DNA of 64,000 nt. Source: Octopus sinensis (Eukaryota). The notes under the pieces were generated by a model that worked only from the letters and a program-made list of their open reading frames with translations, was not told the origin of the DNA and searched no databases. This document shows, piece by piece, positions 21,961-34,672 of this stretch (the first letter of the stretch is position 1; every line of letters begins with the position of its first letter). Both the position numbers and the translations under genes were made by a program. The DNA lies in contig NC_042998.1 of the NCBI RefSeq assembly GCF_006345805.1, positions 206,398,001 to 206,462,000 on the forward strand. The letters are read 5' to 3'.

Positions 21961-24659
21961 ATACATACAAAAACGGCTTGTTTCAGTTTCCATCTACCAA
22001 ATCCACACACAAGGCTTTGGGTTGGCTTGAAGCAACAGGAGAAGACACTTGCCTGATACTTAGCAGTTTGGCTAAAGAGATCAACAGAAAAAGTACCCGG
22101 CTTGAAAAAGAAAATAGGTACAGGGGTGGACTTGTTCAACTAAAACCCATCAAGGTGGTGCCCCAGCTAGGCCACAGAGCAACAAGTAATAGAAGATATG
22201 AAATAGAAGAATATAAATATATATAAGTAATATATATGAATGTATGTGTGTGTGTGTATATATATGTATATCATAGGTGCAGGAGTGGCTGTGTGGTAAG
22301 TAGCTTGCTTACCAACCACATGGCTCCAGCTGGATGCCCTTCTGAACACCAACCATGTTACAATGTGGACTGGGTGCTTTTTAAGTGGCACCTACATTGA
22401 CAGGGGTCACCAAGTATATATATATGTGAGTGTGTGTATGTATGATGATGATGATATGTATATATAGCCTTGGGCCAACGAAAGCCTTGTGAGTGGATTT
22501 GGTAGATGGAAACTGTTATTATATATATATATGTCAATATATATATATAATAACTAAGGGTAAAATTAATTAAGAAGTAATCAATAATTTCACCAAGTAG
22601 AATTCGGCATGAAAAAGGACCATTTCATGGTAAACTTAAGTTTACTTAGTTAAGTTTACTTAAGTTTACCATGTCTATATATATATATGTGTGTGTGTGT
22701 CCCAACATTGCTTGACAACCGATGCTGGTGTGTTTACATCCCCGTAATGTAGCGGTTCGGCAAAAGAGATCGATAAAATAAGTACTAGGTTTCTTACAAA
22801 GAATAAGCCCTGGGGTTGATTTCTTCGACTAAAGGCGGTGCTCCAGCATGGCCGCAGTCAAATGACTGAAACAAGTAAAAGAGTAAAGAGTATCATGACA
22901 ACCACACTCCACCCTCTGTGTGTGTGTATTAAATATATATGTGAAAGTGTGTGTGTGTGTATAAATAGATATTGATAGATATATGCATGTGTATGTAAAT
23001 ATACGTCTGTGTATGTATGTGGATGCAAGTGTGTCTGTTCAAACCGTTTCTCTCTTATTTCTATTGATACAATCCATTCACCAGGGAAACGTCAGAACAC
23101 ATCTTTGTCTGGAATGGCAAAAGAAACCAAGGAATCACCTGTCATCATCTTCTGTTTCAAACCTGGAAGGTGAAACTCGTTAAACTGATAACTAATTGCA
23201 ATAATGGATAAGAGTCAGGTTGTTGTATAAACAATAAGGCTATTGGGAATAGGTGTGGCTTAGTAAGAAGGCGAATGCTGATTGGTTGAAGTGGACAGTG
23301 GGGAGGAGCCTTTTCTGCTGTACACAATTTGGTCTCTTTTAATGAATGAATGAACATGTTTGCTTATGTGTTAGATTCTACACACTCTTAGTATAGAAAG
23401 GTATTCAAACAGGTGCTGGCATGACTGTGTGGTAGGGAGCTAGCTTCCCAACCACATGGTTCTGGGTTCAGTCTCATGTCTTCTATTATAGCCTCGGGCC
23501 GACCAAAGCCTTGTGATTGCACTTGGTAGATGGAAACTGAAAGAAGCCCATTGTGTGTGTGTGTGTGTGTGATCATCGTTTAACATCTATATTCCATACT
23601 GGCATGGGTGGGATGGTTTGACAAAAGCCGGCCAGGCCGAAGCCGGCACCAGACTTCTGTGACTTTTGGCAGGATTTTTACAGTTGGATGCCCTTCCTAA
23701 CACCAACCACTCAGCAGAGTGGACTTAATGCTTTTTACGTGGAACAAGCACAGGTGAGGTCAGTTTTGGAAAGGCTTTTACAGCTGGATGCCCTTCCAAA
23801 TGCCAACCATGTTACAATGTGGACTGGGTGCTTTTTAAGTGGCACCTGCACTGACAGGGTCACCAAGTATATATATTACATTCACCCGTTTAATACAATA
23901 AATAAGTTAATTGCATTGCAATTAAAAACTTTTATGTATTAAGAATTTGGGTACTTTACCAACAGTATATTGGATAAATGATATCCAATATCACCCACTA
24001 CACTCTCAGAGAAACTCTGCCAGATCAAGATTGAAGCCTGGTGCAGCCATCTGGTTCACCGACCCTCAGTCAAATCGTCCAACCCATGCTAGCATGGAAA
24101 GTGGATGTTAAACGATGATATATACGACTGGCTTCTTTCACTTTCTGTCTCCAAAATGCACTCACACGGCTTTGGTTGGCCTGAGCGCAAGGTGGCACAC
24201 AATGGAACTGAACCTGAAACCATGTGGTTGGGAAGCAAGCTTCTTACCACACAGCCATGCTTATGTCTATGAGAAGAAATCATCATCACCATCATCATCA
24301 TCATTTAATCTCCGTTTTCCATGTTGGCATGGGTCAGATGGCTTGATAGGAGCTGGTAAGGCCAGGGGCTGAAACAGACTCCACTGTCTGTTTTGATGTG
24401 GTTTATACATCTTGATGCTCTTCTTGAAGCCAATCCCTTTACAGAGTGTACTGGATGCTTCTTATGTGGCACAAGCACTGAGTAATTTGCAAAACAAAAA
24501 AAAACCCTCAGCTGGGAGAAGGGAGTCATAATGGTGGGATGGGATTTGAAAGAATAATCTCAAACGAAGTAGAGTTGACTAAGGACCACATCAAAGTGGG
24601 GCGGACGAGGTGAATGATGGAAAAACCTGGCCTTGAAATAGTCCTAAAATATGACTATG

Positions 24660-25086
24660 TGGATGATGACGATGATGATTATGATGATGATGGTGATGAT
24701 GATGACGATGACGATTATGATGATGATGGTGATGATGATGACGATTATGATGATGATGGTGATGATGATGACGATGATGATTATGATGATGATGGTGATG
24801 ATGATGACGATTATGATGATGATGGTGATGATGATGACGATTATGATGATGATGGTGATGATGATGACGATGATGATGGTGATGATGATGACGATGACGA
24901 TTATGATGATGATGGTGATGATGACGATTATGATGATGATGGTGATGATGATGACGATGACGATTATGATGATGATGGTGGTGATGATGACGATGATGAT
25001 TATGATGATGATGGTGATGATGATGACGATGACGATTATGATGATGATGGTGATGATGACGACGATGATGACGATTATGATGATGA
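24660..25086. repeat. Compound (GAT)n microsatellite with 30/36-nt higher-order period
   Basis: Units GATTATGATGATGATGGTGATGATGATGAC(GATGAC). Confidence 0.95.
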
Positions 25087-25635
25087 CAACTCCATCTACC
25101 GTTATTGCATGATTCCGTGCTGTTGGTTTGGTTTCTTCTCTGAAAGAATCCAAGTTGTGAAGATTGCCACTTGATAACAAGAATTTTAATTTTTTCTTTT
25201 TTTGGCATTTTGCAACTGAAGAAACACGAGAAGGAATCCTGGGAACGACCCCAGAATATTTCAAGAGTGGAATTTTGAAAGAAAAACAGTTTTCTTATTT
25301 AATGGTGATAAAAAACGGATTCTGAGAGAGAATGAGTCAACGATGACAAAGAAGAGAGGAAGAGAGCGATGTCTGCTGCGATGGTTTATGGATAAATTTG
25401 ATACGGAATGGTTTATATTTGATAATTATATTTGATATTTGATAATGTAGTTTTTGCATTTTATTTATTATTATTTTTATGCTTTTCAGATGTTGTTTTG
25501 GTGTTTTTGGTAACGTTTATATAAGATGGTTTCTTTGATATCCTCTATTTTCTTTGCCAGGGGGGAAAAATAACTTAGTACTTATTTTATTTCTATATTT
25601 TTTTAAATATAGACTAAATAAATAGATTGTAAATG

Positions 25636-25678
<43 letters not shown>

Positions 25679-26111
25679 AAAGCATTCATATACATATTCA
25701 CGCATATGCACATGACAAACATACATATGCACGTACACAATTATTCACTTCTAGTGAATTTTCAAGTCATATAAGCTTCTTAAATATCTATATGTAGGAT
25801 GATGTAAGTGTGTGTGTGTGTGTGTGTGTGATTGTGTATGAGTTAGTAAAGCTTCATAAAATAAGCAACTAATAAATATATATATAAAAAAAAAAAGAAA
25901 CCTAAAGCAAATTTATGAAGAAGATTTTATTCACATGTCTAGCAATAATTTTCTCTCTGCAATTTTGCTGTCAATGAGTAAGAGGAAAAGAATGAATGCC
26001 ACAGCAATCACTTCTTTACTTACTGCTTTAATAGTTGTGTATGTGTGTGCATGTGTGAGAGAGAGAAGGAGAGAGAGAGAGTATTTTTAATTCTCTGTTT
26101 ATTTCGTGTTC

Positions 26112-26147
26112 CTTTTTGATGAAGAGTGTAGGCTCGAAATGTAAAAG
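26112..26147 (+). ncRNA. Degenerate minimal hammerhead motif (Penelope-like repeat ~26085-26230)
   Basis: CTTT-TTGATGA-A-GAGT-GTAG-GCTC-GAAA-TGTA-AAAG. There is a C3>T change in the core. Confidence 0.55.
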
Positions 26148-26231
26148 ACTTTCTCACTTTTCCGAGTGTCAAACTAATACACCTGATTGTTCATACACCT
26201 GTCTTCATCTTTCTGTAAGTTTCAACTATAT

Positions 26232-26475
26232 ATGGAGGGATCCAGAGGTAGTATGCATTAACTGTTAGACATTATATTATATTCTGTCTATTTATTTATT
26301 TTAAACAGTTATCAGAATATATATACATGTTCTTTCTCTATTCTAGAAATTACTGGTACTTATATATGTAAAACACAATCCATACACGTGTATATATATT
26401 CTCAGAATTGTTCAAAATAAATAAATAGACATAATATAATGTCTAACAGTTGATGCATCTCAGGATCCCCTCCAT
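26232..26475. mobile_element. Foldback MITE with ~90-bp imperfect TIRs
   Basis: ATGGAGGGATCC...TGTTAGACATTATATTAT is matched by ATAATATAATGTCTAACA...GGATCCCCTCCAT. Confidence 0.75.
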
Positions 26476-26627
26476 TTTCTTCTTGCCGTATAACTAAAGG
26501 GTAAAACCACTTCTTACCCTCGCCCATTTATTACGCTCAATAATTGGGTATTCTACCAGCAGTATATTGGGTAGATACTATCCGTCAGTTGGATTTACGA
26601 CCTCTAACTCTCTTTGGGAATCAAACT

Positions 26628-27300
26628 TGATTGCAAAGACTTGTTGAGGCACGTGAAATCGAAATCAAACTTGGTGACTGGTGTCCGTAGCTAGTGGAGC
26701 ACAAAAAGTACCATACGAGTGAGACCATTGCCAGAGCAACAAGCTGGCCTTCGTGCCGATGGCACATTAAACACACCATTCGAGCATGATCATTACCTGC
26801 GTCACCTTACTAGCACTTGTGCTGGTGGCACGTGAAGAAAAAACATTCGAGCAAGGTCATTGCCAGTGCCGCTGGGCTGGCTCCTGTGCAGGTGGCACAT
26901 AAAAAGCACCATTTGAGTGTGGCCGTTGCCAGTACAACCTGACTGGCCTTCGTGCCAGTGGCACGTAAAAGCACCCACTACACTCTCGGAGTGGTTGGCA
27001 TTAGGAAGGGCATCCAGCTGTAGAAACTTTGCCAGATCAGATTGGAGGCTGGTACACCAGACCTCAGTCAAATCATCCAACCCATGCTAGCATGGAAAGC
27101 TGACGTTAAACGATGATGATGATGATATATATATAGGCGTTAGGAAGGGCATTGGCGTTAGGAAGGGCATCCAGCCGTAGAAACACTGCCAGATCTGACT
27201 GGGCCTGACGAAGCCTTCCAGCTTCACAGACCCCAGTTGACCCGTCCAACCCATGGTAGCATGGAAAGCGGACGCTAAACGATGATGATGATGATGATGA
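26628..27300 (+). mobile_element. Two head-to-tail RTE 3' fragments
   Basis: Tails at ~27126 and ~27300. The second begins with a duplicated GGCGTTAGGAAGGGCAT. Confidence 0.8.
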
Positions 27301-27309
27301 TATATATAT

Positions 27310-27353
<44 letters not shown>

Positions 27354-28050
27354 AGATAGATATGTTTATCTTTAACTCGTTTCAATCATTAGACTATGGC
27401 CTTGCTGGAGCACTCTTTCAAATTTTTAGTCGAATGAATCCGTCCCAATACTTATTTTTTTAAAGCCTGATATTTATTCTATCAGTCTCTTTTGCCAAAC
27501 TGCTAAGTTACTGGGATGTAACCACACCAACACCGGTTGCTAAGTGGTGGTGGTGGTGGTAGGGAATAAAAACAAAGACACATTACTCACACACACACGA
27601 TGGGCTTCTTTAAGTTTCCATCTACCAAATCCATTCACAAGTCTTTGTTTGGCCCAAGGCTATTGTAGAAGACACTTGCCCAAGGAGCTGTGCAGTGGGA
27701 CTGAACCCAGAACCATGTGGTTGGGAAGCACACTTCTTGCCATGCTATATATCTGGACTGCAAATAAAATGCATATTGATCTGGTATAGCTAGACAGAGA
27801 TCAATTTTTTTAGAATTGAATTGGAATAAAAATCAATCAGACTGTCTCTCATATATTCTCAATATTTACGTCATTGAACCTACGAAAGACAAGTGAACTC
27901 CAATGGATGCGTTACAAATTTAGAATGAATGCACACAAAATGGTGTTTGCTTTGAGAGGCTCATACTTTTGTGAACGTCTTAAGCAAGGCACAGGCGTGG
28001 TTTTCTAGTAAAAAGGTTGCTTCCCAACCGCATGGTTCTGAGTTCAATCC

Positions 28051-28464
28051 AGGCGAGCTAGCAGAATTGTTAGCACACCAGGCGAAATGCGTAACCCGTA
28101 TTTCATCTGCCGTTACGTTCTGAGTTCAAATTCCGTCGAGGTCAACTTTGCCTTTCATCATTTCGGGGTCGATAAATTAAGTACCAGTTACGCACTGGGG
28201 TCAATATAATCGACTTAATCCGGTTGTCTGTCCTTGTTTGTCCCCTCTGTGTTTAGCCCCTTGTGGGTGGTAAAGAAATGGGTATTTTGTCTGCAGCTAC
28301 TTTCTGAGTTCAAATTCCGCCGAGGTCAACTTTGCCTTTCATCCTTTTGGGGTCGATTAAATGAGTACCAGTTACGCACTGGGGTCGATATAATCGACTT
28401 AATCCGGTTGTCTGTCCTTGTTTGTCCCCTCTGTGTTTAGCCCCTTGTGGGTAGTAAAGAAATA
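28051..28464 (+). mobile_element. Head-to-tail partial dimer of SINE B inside a SINE A head
   Basis: The first unit ends AAAGAAATG at ~28280 and the second restarts at GGTATTT. The host SINE A resumes GGTTCTGA. Confidence 0.8.
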
Positions 28465-29352
28465 GGTTCTGACCAATCACACTCTGTGACACCTTGGGCA
28501 AGTGTCTTCTACAATGGCCATTTTAAAGCCATCATCATCATCATCTTCATTTCATGCCTATTTCCCATCCTGGCATCAGTTGAACAATTTGAGATCTGTC
28601 AGAGGGTTGCATCAGGCTTCAATAACTGCTTTGCTGTGGTTTCTATGGCTGGGTGCCCTTCTTAATGCCAACCACTTCACGGGGGGCACAGGGGGCTTTT
28701 GATGACGTGGCCCCAGCACAGTGCCATGAAATAAAATTTTAAAAGAAAAAACAGGAGTTAAGTACATTCTGTAAAGTGGATGGCATAGGAAAGGCGCCAA
28801 GCCATAGAAACGATGCAAAAGTCTGACATTGGAGTTTAATGCAATTCGACAGCTTGTTGGATCTGATAAAATCATCCAACCCATACCGGCATGGAAAAAC
28901 GGATGTTAAATGATGATGATGATGATGGACTTTAATTAGAAATATTGGTTTCACATCTTGGCACAAGGCCAGTAATTCCAGTGGGGAGTAGGTAAGTTAA
29001 TAATAGCTTACCTTAATGAGAATAATAACAATAATAATCCTTTTTATTTTAGGGACAAGGCCTGAAATTTTGGTTGAGGAGTGTAGTCGATTACATAGGC
29101 CCTCAGTGCATAACTGGTACTTATTTTACTGACCCCCAAAAGGATAAAAAAAATAAAGTTGATCTTGTCAGCATTTGATCTCAGAACATAGTGTCAGGCA
29201 AAATACTTGGCAGTATTTCGCCTGGCACGTCAACGATTCTGCCAGTTTGCCGATTTGTTTAATTAGAAATATCATTAGCAAAAGGTTAAAACAACACACA
29301 CACACACACATGCACGCACATGTATATATATATATATTGATGCAAATGTTAC

Positions 29353-29513
29353 CTGAAAGCGGTATAAGGATCCATCTTCTTTGACACTCAACGATTTCGT
29401 ATCGGTGATTGGGAAAATATATCCATAGTGACAGAGGAGACTGGCTAAGTGGTAGACTTCGTTAAGTTCTGTGATATCAAGTTTCTTCATCAACCAGTCA
29501 ATAAGATCACTTC
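29353..29513 (-). CDS. RGS9/RGS11-like: R7-family RGS coding exon, DEP domain core: (G)SDLIDWLMKKLDITELNEVYHLASLLCHYGYIFPITDTKSLSVKEDGSLYRFQ
   Basis: gttgttgttgttgcag|GAAGTGAT...CGCTTTCAG|gtaaca. The exon is 161 nt, phase 1 to 0, and joins the 47002 exon in frame (G|GA=Gly). GYIFP and DGSLYRFQ are R7 RGS hallmarks. Overlaps ORF 29275..29493. Confidence 0.95.
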
Positions 29514-29687
29514 CTGCAACAACAACAACAAAAACACATTTATAATAACAACAACAACTGTTTCTAATTTTGGCACAAGGTCAGCAATTTTAAGGGGAGG
29601 GGTGCAAGTATTTGACCAGTACATGTATGTTACCACACCCAGGGGCGATGAGTAGTATAGTTGACCTAAACTGAATCTGAACCCAGG

Positions 29688-29890
29688 TCCCCTGACTATA
29701 CCAGTGCCCCACCCCTGACTACATCAGTGACCCCTGACTATACCAGTGCCCGCTGACTATAGCAGTGCCCCTGCCTATACCAGTGTCCCCTGCCTATACC
29801 AGTGCCCGCTGACTATACTAGTGACCCTTGACTATACCAGTGCCCCCTGCCTATACCAGTGACCCTTTACTATGTCAGTGCCCCTTGACT
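29688..29890. repeat. ~18-19-bp minisatellite (CCCTGACTATACCAGTG) x~10 fused to an RTE 3' fragment (29880-30090)
   Basis: Directly visible. The last unit runs into CCTTGACTGGCTCATGTGCCGGTGGCAC. Confidence 0.85.
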
Positions 29891-30478
29891 GGCTCATGTG
29901 CCGGTGGCACATAAAAAGCACCCACTACACTCTTGGAGTGGTTGGCATTAGGAAGGGCATCCAGCTGTAAAAATTTTACCAGATAAGACTGGAGACTGGT
30001 GCAGCCTCCTGGCTTGTCAGTCCTCAGTCAAACCGTCCAACCCATGCCAGCATGGAAAGCGGACATTGAATGATGATGATGATGATGATGGTATAAAGAG
30101 CCAAAACAATTGCTGTTTAGTGTTTCATCTGATGAGCTAAAAATTCTACCAGCCAACATCATCATCATCATTTAACGTCCATTTTCCATGCTGGCATGGG
30201 TTGGACAGTTCAATGGAAGCTGGCAAGCCAGAGAGCTGCATCAGGCCCCAGTTGATTGTTTTAGCATGGGTTCTACAGCTGGATACTCTTCCTAATGCCA
30301 ACCACTTTACAGAATGTACTGGGTATTATTTTTTATGGGCCACTGGCACAGGTGCCAGTCAGGTTAGAATTAGTGACAGGAAGGGCATACACCTCAACAA
30401 ATTCCGTTTGTCTCACACACGAGTGGATGTTAAATGATGATTGATGATGCGGATGCTGCAGAGCATGACAAGTCAGGG

Positions 30479-31000
30479 TCAATAAATACTTGCCACTATA
30501 TTTTTTTCATCAACCAAACATGAACCATTTTGCTGTACAATGCTTCTCCATCTTTCCTTTAACTTGAAAATACCCTCTTCCCAGAATTGAGGTGGTTTCA
30601 TGGCAAAGAATTCATCAAGGTATCTTTTTACGGCATCCAAAGAATTGAAATTTTTACCATTAAGACTATTCTGCAGAGACCTGAATAAGTGGAAATCCGA
30701 AGGAGCAATATCTGGTGAATATGGAGGGTGGGGTAACACATCCCAGCCAAGCTGCAGCAATTTGTGTCTGGTTCCCAAAGCATCAAGTGCTGAAAATGAA
30801 CTTTCTTATCTTCCATTTTAAAGGGTTACAGAATTAACACAGGCTATAGGAACATAAACCCTCTTCCACGAAAAGATAGCTTAAACTGTGCTCTAAATGG
30901 AGGTGTAGTCAAATCTTATTTTATGGACTCAACCATGTTCTAAGATAAGTTGAAAGCTAAGCTACTATAAATTGGCACAAACTTTCTAGACAACCCAATA
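30479..31000 (-). mobile_element. Internally deleted mariner transposon
   Basis: TA|TTGGGTTGTCTAGAAAGTTTGTGCCAAT TIR at 30971-30998. N-terminus MEDKKVHFQHLMLW (ATG 30816) is fused to the C-terminus LGTRHKLLQLGWDVLPHPPYSPDIAPSDFHLFRSLQNSL. Confidence 0.92.
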
Positions 31001-31974
31001 CATTAAATGATGATGATTATAAGAGAATATGAGACAATGATCCCTTGCATTAGCACAAGACATTGCAGAGGAGAGAAATGGTTGATTGGTTGATGGAATC
31101 AGACTCCTGCTAATGTCTGCTGGTTATTTTAATAGACTCCAGAGGGACGACAGACATAAAACTGACTCTTCACTTTTCCCGATTGCTATCATCTCATTTC
31201 AAGATAACCGTGTATTTGTGCATAACAAAGCTGTAAATAAAGAATTCTTGTATATTTGGAATTATTCTGTGATACCGAAAGAGAAGCAGGTCTGTGAGAG
31301 AGAGAATCACAGTCCTCTGAAAAAATCATATCTTTTTTCTTTTTTTGGTTTTTTTTTCTGTTTTATTGTAATTCTTTTTCTGTTTTTTTTTCCTCTCTTT
31401 TATTCTGCAGTTGTCTTCAGAGAGAATTTCCATATATTTCTTTCTTTCTTTCTTTATTTATTTATTTATATCCTGTTTAATTCGGTATCCGGCAACTTTC
31501 TCCAGTTTCTCAAAGCAAAGATAGAGAAGCAATTCAACAGCGCCACTCCCCCCCCCCCCCGCCCTGCTAATGTCTTCTGCTGCTGCTGCAGTGGAAGACA
31601 GTCTCACAAGCAATAAACTTAATCAATGATAACCTCACTGAGAGAGAATCTCAATGCAGATAAATTGCCATTTCTTATTAGAAACCGTGCGACTCCCAGA
31701 CCCGCTCCACCCGACCCCAACCCCAAACCAAGACACTTCTCATTCTTGTTATTGTGTTTTACATTTAGATTTTTTTCAGAAGTATGTGGCTCAGTGGTTA
31801 AGGTACTCAGCTCACACTCATACAATTGTGAGTTCAATTCCCGGCAGTGTGTTGTATCCTTGAGCAGGACACTTGACATCACGTTGCTCCAGTCTGCTCA
31901 GATGGTAAAAATTAATAGTACCAGTAATTCAAAGGGAGCCAGCCTTGTCACACTGAATCTCCCTGAAAACTACA

Positions 31975-32442
31975 TTAACCCTTTTGCTACCGTATTTCTG
32001 TTGAGATGCTCTCTGTTTCTTTCAATTAATTTCAAATATAACAAAGAATTTAGTAAAATAACTTTGTTATCATTCAGCTAGTATTAGGAACATAATTGTG
32101 ACTAAGGTTTGGTAGAAGATTTTAATTCAAAACTTAAGAAAACAAGACAATTGTACTACAGAACCAGAGGTGGTTTCAGCCAGGGTTAAGAATTGTTTCT
32201 CTATTATATATTTTAACCCTTTTTTTACCATATTTCTGTTGAGATGCTCTGTGTTTCTTTCAATTAATTCTAAATATAACAAAGAATTTAGTAAAATAAC
32301 TTTGTTATCATTCAGCTAGTGTTAGGAACATAAATTGTGACTAAGGTTTGGTGGAAGATTTTGATTAAAAACTTATGAAAACAAGGCATTTGTATTACAG
32401 AGCCAGAGCTGGTTTCAGCTGGGTTGGTAATGAAAGGGTTAA
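31975..32442. mobile_element. Two tandem piggyBac-type MITEs inserted at a TTAA of a SINE tail
   Basis: TTAACCCT...AGGGTTAA twice (31975-32189 and 32213-32442). The host reads ACTACA-TTAA-GGGTACAC across the insert, as in the intact SINE at 929-945. Confidence 0.85.
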
Positions 32443-33564
32443 GGGTACACATGTCTGTGGAATACTCAGTGACTTGAACGTTAATTTCACAAGCTGGCTG
32501 TTCCATTCATTGGATCAACTGGAACACTTGTCCTCGTAACCAAAAGAGTGCCATTATCGGCACTAGGGAGGACACCAAGTAATTTGATTAAGTGTGGGGG
32601 TGTAATATTAAGGGTGGTGTTGAGACACAGAAAGAACAGGTGAATGGTTGAAGGGGGAGACATATAGTAACCCTTATTTGAAATGAAAGCTGATCAAGGG
32701 GAAGATGTATCAGAACAAACCCTCGAGTGATGGGAAGGTGAATATAAGTGGTATGAGTGGCTGGGTGGTAAGTGGCTTGCTTATGAACCACATGGTTCCA
32801 GGTTCAGTTCCACTGCGTGGCACCTTGGGCAAGTGTCTTCTACAATAGCCACGGGCCAACCAAAGCCTAGTGAATGGATTTGGTAGACAGAAACTGAAAG
32901 AAGCTTGTTGTATATATGTATATATAAATATATATATATATATGTTTATATGCATGTATGTGTGTGTATATGTTTGTGTGTCTGTTTGTCCCCCCCTCCC
33001 CCAAACATTGCTTGCCAGCCGATGTTGGTGTGTTTACCGCCCTGTAACTTAGCGGTTCGGCAAAAGAGACCAATAGAATAAGTACTAGTCTTACAGCGAA
33101 TAGGTCCTGGGGTTGATTTGCTTGACTAAAGGCGGTGCTCCAGCATGGCCACAGTCACATGACAGAAAAGAGTAAAGAGTATGGATGGCTGTGTTATTAA
33201 TATCCTGTAAGCATAGGAGTAGCTATAGCAAGAAGCTTGTTTCCCAACCACATGGTTCCAGGTTCAGTCCCACTGCGTGGCACCTTGGGCAAGTGTCTTC
33301 TACTATAGCCTCGGGCTGACCAAAGCCTTGTGAGTGGATTTGGTAGACGGAAACTGAAAGAAGCCCATTATATATATATATCTGTGTATATATTTGTGTG
33401 TCTGTGTTTGTCCCCCACCACTATCGCTTGACAACTGATGGTGGTGTGTTTATGTACCCGTTAATTTAGCAGTTCAGCAAAAGAGATCGATAGAATAAGT
33501 ACCAGGCTAACAAAGAACAAGTCCTGGAGTCGATTTGTTTGACTAAAGGCAGTGCTCCAGCATT

Positions 33565-33860
33565 GTTGTTGTTGTTTGTTCCTTCTCGAGCCATCCCTGG
33601 CTCATAGGGCCGGTTTCCCGGTTTTCTTGGCATATAGGTTCCCCACCTGGACGGGACACCGCTCCGGCGCAGGTGAGCTGCAAAATGCAGGAGGAAAGAG
33701 TGAGAGAAAGTTGTGGCGAAAGAATCAGCAGAAGTTTGCCGTTACCTTCTGCCGGAGCCGCGTGGAGCATATAAACACACACATCGCCTGGTCTGAGATT
33801 CGAACCTGCAATCCTTTGACCGCGAGTCCACTGCTTAACCACTAGGCCATGTGCCTCCCA
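33565..33860 (-). mobile_element. SINE family C (tail ii) inside a SINE A tail
   Basis: Colinear with 19502-19805. Confidence 0.85.
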
Positions 33861-34309
33861 CGATGGTGCTCCAGCATGGCCACAATCAAATGACCAAAAC
33901 AAGTTAAAGAACACAAGAATCTCTGACATAAATATGAACTTGTCACAATCTCAGATCCAAATCTTGTAGAAACAGGCCGTATTGATAAGACATCGAAAGG
34001 CGAACAGAAGGAAATGTGGGTTGTCTCTTGTGTCCATGACCAACACATTGAACTTACAAGTGATCAGTTTCGCTCACTTACTCTTTTACTTGTTTCAGTC
34101 ATTTGACTGCGGCCATGCTGGAGCACTGCCTTTAGTCGAGCAAATCGACCCCGGGACTTATTCTATCGGTCTCTTTTGCCGAACTGCTAAGTGACTTGCT
34201 ATCCATGATTTTCATTCATGATCATTGAATGTTTAGAGTTATCTAGGAGTACATTAGCTAATGTGTCAAGACGGGAAAGTGCGATGATCTGCGAGAAATT
34301 TGACTCATA

Positions 34310-34626
34310 CAGTAATCCGTCGCCTGATACAGTAATCCACTGATACAGTATCGTGGTTCAGCTATCGCGGTTTATTATCTAAGCTTACATAGATTCCTCC
34401 GTGGTGTTGTTCTACATTTATAATAAAATGAATATATACAAATTATAAAAATAAAAAAAAAATATACAGTATAGGCATAGGAGTGGCTGTGTGGTAAGTA
34501 ACTTGCTTACCAACCACATGGTTCCGGGTTCAGTCCCACTGCATGGCACCTTGGGCAAGTGTCTTCTACTATAGCCTCGGACCGACCAAAGCCTTGTGAG
34601 TGAAACTGAAAGAAGCCCATTGTGTG

Positions 34627-34672
<46 letters not shown>

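Noticed and set aside
23260-23315. CCAAT-like and GGGGAGGAG promoter-like motifs
   Set aside because: Short motifs are expected by chance, and there is no linked exon.
25092-25223. Minus-strand segment with ttcttcag acceptor, MPKKEKIKILVIKWQSSQLGFFQRR and an ACG|gtagat donor
   Set aside because: It has a stop in phase 0 and ends in phase 1, so it fits neither as a cassette nor as a first exon for the phase-0 exon at 14708. There is no recognisable homology.
24591-25264. Long ORFs (poly-H, poly-D, poly-I, poly-M); likewise 35244-35591, 42165-42959 and 55069-55670
   Set aside because: They are read-through of triplet microsatellites, with no domain or splice support.
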